From assembly GCA_963761335.1 (NCBI GenBank), contig CAVXGR010000016.1:288001-352000 (forward strand): a DNA stretch of 64,000 nt. Direction: 5' to 3'. Source of the stretch: an uncultured delta proteobacterium (GTDB lineage: Bacteria; Desulfobacterota; Binatia; HRBIN30; BPIQ01). This document shows, piece after piece, positions 60,445 through 64,000 of the stretch. Numbering within the stretch: position 1 is the stretch's first letter; each line of letters opens with the position of its first letter. The notes under the pieces were generated by a model that made no database searches, was not told where the DNA came from, and worked only from the letters and a program-made list of their open reading frames with translations. Position numbers and translations under genes: made by a program.

Positions 60445-61020
60445 ATGGGTCGATTGCTGAACTTCGCGATGTTCTACCTCGGTTGGCTTGCCTGCGTGGT
60501 CGGTGCTGCTCAGGGGCAGCTGTGGCTCGGGCCCGCGATGGTGGCGGTGCTTGTCCTCGTTCACGTTTCGGTGAGCACCAATCGGTCGCAGGAGGCGGCA
60601 CTCATCCTGATGGTCGGCCTGTTCGGCTTCGCTGTCGACACGATGCAGGCGTCCGCGGGTCTCTTTGCGTTCACACGCACCAGCGCCGCGCCGTGGTTGT
60701 GTCCGCCCTGGATGGTGGCGCTCTGGATGCTCTTCGCAACCACGCTGAACAGCTCGATGGCGTGGCTCGCGGGCCGCTATCGCATCGCGGCTGCGCTCGG
60801 CGCACTCTGTGGACCGCTCAGCTACCTCGCGGGCGCGCGGCTCGGCGCCATCGAGCTGTCCGCGAACGCGCTCGTCAGTCTCATCGGCATCGGCGTCGTG
60901 TGGGCTCTGGCGTTGCCGGCGCTCCTGGTGTTCCGCGACGCCCTGAGCAAGCGCACTACGGCCGTGCTCTTCCGCCGCTCAGCCTCCGGCGACGGAAAGC
61001 GTGAGGAGCTGCTTGCATGA
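60445..61020 (+). CDS. DUF2878 membrane protein
   Basis: 'N...FY.GW..CV', 'P.WM.ALW..FATTLN.S..WL', 'GPLSY.AG..LGA'. Confidence 0.88.
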   Translation: MGRLLNFAMFYLGWLACVVGAAQGQLWLGPAMVAVLVLVHVSVSTNRSQEAALILMVGLFGFAVDTMQASAGLFAFTRTSAAPWLCPPWMVALWMLFATTLNSSMAWLAGRYRIAAALGALCGPLSYLAGARLGAIELSANALVSLIGIGVVWALALPALLVFRDALSKRTTAVLFRRSASGDGKREELLA

Positions 61021-61667
61021 AGCGGCGGCGCATTCCGCGGCTTCGCGTCGCAGGGCAGATCCTGAGCGCGCTCTTGATTGCCGCCGCGACAGCACAGCAG
61101 GGCGTCGCGGCGGAGATCGAGGGCGTGCACTTCGCGGATCGGGCTCGCTCCGGCGATGTGACGATGCGGCTGAGCTGCGTTGGGCTCCTCCGTTACAAGC
61201 TGTTCATCAAGGCCTACGTCGCCGCCTTGTACCTGGGGGACGGAGTGGCAGCTGGCGATGTTCTCGCCGACGTTCACAAGCGTCTCGAGCTGAGCTACTT
61301 CTGGAGCATCAGCGGCTCGGATTTCGGGAAAGCGGGCGATGAAATTCTCGCACAGAATGTCGACGCCGAGACAATGGCGGCACTGCGTCCGCGTCTGGAT
61401 CGGATCAACGCCCTGTACCGAGACGTCAAGCCGGGCGATCGTTACTCGCTCACCTACGTTCCCGGAATCGGAACCGAGCTGGCGTTGAACGATCGTCGGA
61501 TCGGCGTGATCGATGGTGCCGACTTTGCTGCGGCCTACTTCCGTATCTGGCTCGGCCAACATCCCATCGACACCCGGCTGCGCGATCAACTCCTCGGCTG
61601 TGCTCGGCGCGGCGGTGAGGAGGTGCACGCCGGCCGCGCATCGGACACGGAACGCGGAGTGCCCTGA
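61017..61667 (+). CDS. Chalcone isomerase-like exported protein
   Basis: Signal peptide; 'FIKAYVAALY', 'DVKPGD', 'F...YF.IWLG..P'; ATGA overlap. Confidence 0.87.
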   Translation: MKRRRIPRLRVAGQILSALLIAAATAQQGVAAEIEGVHFADRARSGDVTMRLSCVGLLRYKLFIKAYVAALYLGDGVAAGDVLADVHKRLELSYFWSISGSDFGKAGDEILAQNVDAETMAALRPRLDRINALYRDVKPGDRYSLTYVPGIGTELALNDRRIGVIDGADFAAAYFRIWLGQHPIDTRLRDQLLGCARRGGEEVHAGRASDTERGVP

Positions 61668-61668
61668 T

Positions 61669-61709
61669 CGCCAGCCCGCCCCGGCCCTTTTTACCGGGGC
61701 GGGCTGGCG
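61669..61709. terminator. Strong hairpin between convergent genes
   Basis: Perfect 16-bp stem cgccagcccgccccgg / ccggggcgggctggcg immediately after the stop codon. Confidence 0.7.
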
Positions 61710-61758
61710 CGGGGCTGAAGCGGCGCTGTCGCCGCTCGTCGAGGCGGGGCAGGGCGCC

Positions 61759-62601
61759 TCAGAGCCGCAGGTCGAAGAACTGCGAGAACAGCTGCCGCAG
61801 GCGCGCTTCGTACGAGTGATGGCGGTCGTAGTGCGCCTTGAGATCGACCTCGTCGTACGGCGGCTGGAGCAGCTGCGGCACGTCTTCGAGTCGCTCGAAC
61901 AGACGGACGTACGTGCCGAAGAGCCGCTCGAGCAGCGGACGCTGGAGCGCGCTGCACACGGGCATGACGCCAGCGCGCCCGAGCTCGAACGAGCGGAAGT
62001 TCGGCAGCCCATCGGCGTACACGGGGAGGTTCAGGCCGAAGGCGAAGTCGCGGATGCGGGCGTCGTACTCCGCCTCATCCAGCGCCTCGGCGCGAAACAG
62101 CTCGGGAACGATCTGCCTGAGCCGAGCGATCTGGCGCTCGCGGCGGGCTTCGCCGAATCCGTACGGGCGACAGATGATGCCGCAACGCGTGCGCCGTTGC
62201 GCCAGCGGTACCAGGTCGTATGGGCCGGCAAACAGGGGCAGGAAGTGATCGCCGGGTTGCATGGCGGCGTCCGGGATCGCCGTCAGATGCACGTCGGAGA
62301 CGTTGACGCGCGCGGTATGACGATAGCTGTCGGTGCTCCAAGTAATGTACTTGGGCCCGGGGACGAGGCCGAAGCGCTCCAGGCGCCGTTCGATGCAGCC
62401 CTCGCAGATGACGATGACGAAATGGGGCCGCAACTCCTCGATGTACGCGCGCAGTGCGCTGTTGGCGATACCGCGGTGCGGCGGCAGCTGGGCGACGCTC
62501 GGGGGTCCGACGGCAGGAGGTACGGTGTGGAACTCCCAGCCGGGAATCGGACGGATCGCCAGACGGCGTGCATCGCCGAGGCTGAGAACCCTACGGATCA
62601 T
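61759..62601 (-). CDS. Hypothetical protein, possibly CgeB-like glycosyltransferase
   Basis: 'GLN.P...PNFRSFE...G' and 'HSYEAR' resemble a GT-B/CgeB C-terminus; overlaps the upstream GT stop. Confidence 0.6.
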   Translation of the reverse strand: MIRRVLSLGDARRLAIRPIPGWEFHTVPPAVGPPSVAQLPPHRGIANSALRAYIEELRPHFVIVICEGCIERRLERFGLVPGPKYITWSTDSYRHTARVNVSDVHLTAIPDAAMQPGDHFLPLFAGPYDLVPLAQRRTRCGIICRPYGFGEARRERQIARLRQIVPELFRAEALDEAEYDARIRDFAFGLNLPVYADGLPNFRSFELGRAGVMPVCSALQRPLLERLFGTYVRLFERLEDVPQLLQPPYDEVDLKAHYDRHHSYEARLRQLFSQFFDLRL

Positions 62602-63704
62602 GCCGGTGTTTGTGCCCCGAGCCGGCGGTAGAGCGCCTCATAGGTGTCCAGGTGGCGATCCCACGAGAAGCGCTCCGCAACTCGTGCCTGCGCCTGCCTG
62701 CCCATGCGCAGGCGCCGATCGGGATCAGCCAGCAACTCCGAGATCGCACGCGCCAGCGCCGCGGCGTCCCCCGGCGCCACCAGCAAGCCCGTCTCGCCAT
62801 CGGCGACCACCTCCGCCAACCCCTCGACGTCGCTGGCGACGATGGGGCGTCCCTGCTGCGCGGCCTCGAGAGCCACGAGCCCGAACGTCTCCTCGTGCGA
62901 CGGCATGAGGACCAATGTGCTCTGCGCGATCAGTGCTCCGCTGTCGGCGGGCGATACGCGGCCGAGGAAACGCACGCGCTGCCCGACCCCGAGGTCGGCG
63001 GCGACCGCTTCCAGACGACCTCGCTCCGGACCGTCGCCGGCGACGACCATGCGTGCCCTGGGGTATTGGCCCGCCACCACCGCGAACGCCCGCAGGGCGA
63101 GATCGAATCCCTTGGACGACACCAGACGGCCGAGGCAGAGCAGCTGCGGCTCCGCGGCAGCCAGATCCGATGCCGGCGCCGGCGGAACCGCGTGATACAC
63201 CACCGAGCTGCGCGGGCCGAGCTCGGGGACCTGCGCCAGCAGCGAGCGGCGCATCCAGGCGGCGCACGCCGCCACCCAGGTCGCTCGGCGCAGCGTGCGC
63301 CCGCGCAGAGAGTCGGGCGAAAGGTCTCCCCGAAGATGCTGACCGAGCGTGAGCAGCGTCGGCAGCGAGTGGCGGTCCTGCAGCTGGTGGTAGAAGATGC
63401 CGCACGGCCCCATCCAGGTCATGTGCACCAGGTCCGGCGCGAAGCCGTGCACCCGGTCGAGCAATTCATCGCGGATCTGGCGCAGGGCACCGAAGTCGCG
63501 GCTCTCCAGGGCCGGCCGAAACGCAAAGCGGTGCACCGGGACGCCGTCGACCTCCTCCTCCGCGGGAAGCGCATCGCCGAGGTGGCCGGTGATGACCATG
63601 AACTCGAAGCCGCGCCGGCGCAGACCCCGCAGCAGGTTCATGGTGAACAGCTCGCCGCCGCCGACGGACGGCCAGTAGAACTCGGTCCAGGCCAGAACTC
63701 TCAT
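62598..63704 (-). CDS. Glycosyltransferase family 4
   Basis: 'GGGE', 'GRLV..KG', 'PS..ETFGLVALEA', 'EVV.DGETG.LV'. Confidence 0.92.
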   Translation of the reverse strand: MRVLAWTEFYWPSVGGGELFTMNLLRGLRRRGFEFMVITGHLGDALPAEEEVDGVPVHRFAFRPALESRDFGALRQIRDELLDRVHGFAPDLVHMTWMGPCGIFYHQLQDRHSLPTLLTLGQHLRGDLSPDSLRGRTLRRATWVAACAAWMRRSLLAQVPELGPRSSVVYHAVPPAPASDLAAAEPQLLCLGRLVSSKGFDLALRAFAVVAGQYPRARMVVAGDGPERGRLEAVAADLGVGQRVRFLGRVSPADSGALIAQSTLVLMPSHEETFGLVALEAAQQGRPIVASDVEGLAEVVADGETGLLVAPGDAAALARAISELLADPDRRLRMGRQAQARVAERFSWDRHLDTYEALYRRLGAQTPA

Positions 63705-64000
63705 CCCAGGCGCCCGTGGCTCAGGGCACTGAGCACGACGGCGGGAATGGCGTCGAGGTCGGTGCCGGCAATCAGCCGATAACAGGGTACCCGATCCAGC
63801 AGCGCTGAGAGTGTGTCGAAGCCGCGCCGTGTGGCCAGGCCCTGCGGGTCCATCGCCAGCGCCGTGCTCAGCATGGCGCGCAGTGCCGCGCCGCGGCCCA
63901 TCGGTTCGAGCCTGGAATGTCTGCCCGGGGTGATGCACGGGAGCACGATCGTCCGCACCGTTGCCGCTGCGGCGTTTGCCTGGCCGAGATAGATGAGCTG
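63701..64000 (-). CDS. 5'-partial protein, C-terminus resembling HPr-kinase-related proteins
   Basis: Open to the window edge; 'IVLP.I......L.P....AL..L...L..LL..VPCYRL..G.DL..I'; ATGA overlap with GT4. Confidence 0.5.
   Translation of the reverse strand, partial: QLIYLGQANAAAATVRTIVLPCITPGRHSRLEPMGRGAALRAMLSTALAMDPQGLATRRGFDTLSALLDRVPCYRLIAGTDLDAIPAVVLSALSHGRLG

Overview
High-GC bacterial chromosomal window with about 47 CDSs. I found no rRNA, tRNA, CRISPR array or intact transposase. The gene style (Thr/Pro-stalked secreted proteins with dockerin-like or 'CVGDC' modules, paired acyl-CoA dehydrogenases, carotenoid oxygenase, MYXO-CTERM-like tail) suggests a deltaproteobacteria-like lineage such as Binatia; this is an inference. 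Housekeeping and metabolic genes include ilvE, korAB, rng, a TIGR03960/TIGR03936-type radical SAM fusion, dacB and fcl. The most interesting modules are: (i) a DUF2760 + two non-canonical Hsp70 operon, where the membrane-anchored DUF2760 protein shows a GrpE-like C-terminal pattern, divergent from a STAND-type adenylate cyclase; (ii) an aldo-keto reductase/Fe-S protein with a split Zn-ribbon, two TM helices and an internal twin-arginine motif, followed by a DoxX protein; (iii) a CarH/LitR-type B12 photoreceptor with a lipid-stress gene cluster and back-to-back TTGACA promoters; (iv) an orphan 8-PAS histidine kinase with a FixL-like PAS; (v) non-cellulosomal dockerin-bearing surface proteins. 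Intergenic DNA is rich in palindromic repeats: two candidate MITEs (GGCTTTG ends and IS4-like ends), GTAG-type REPs and several long inverted-repeat families, two of them next to apparent gene remnants. All calls come from reading motifs by eye; no searches were run.
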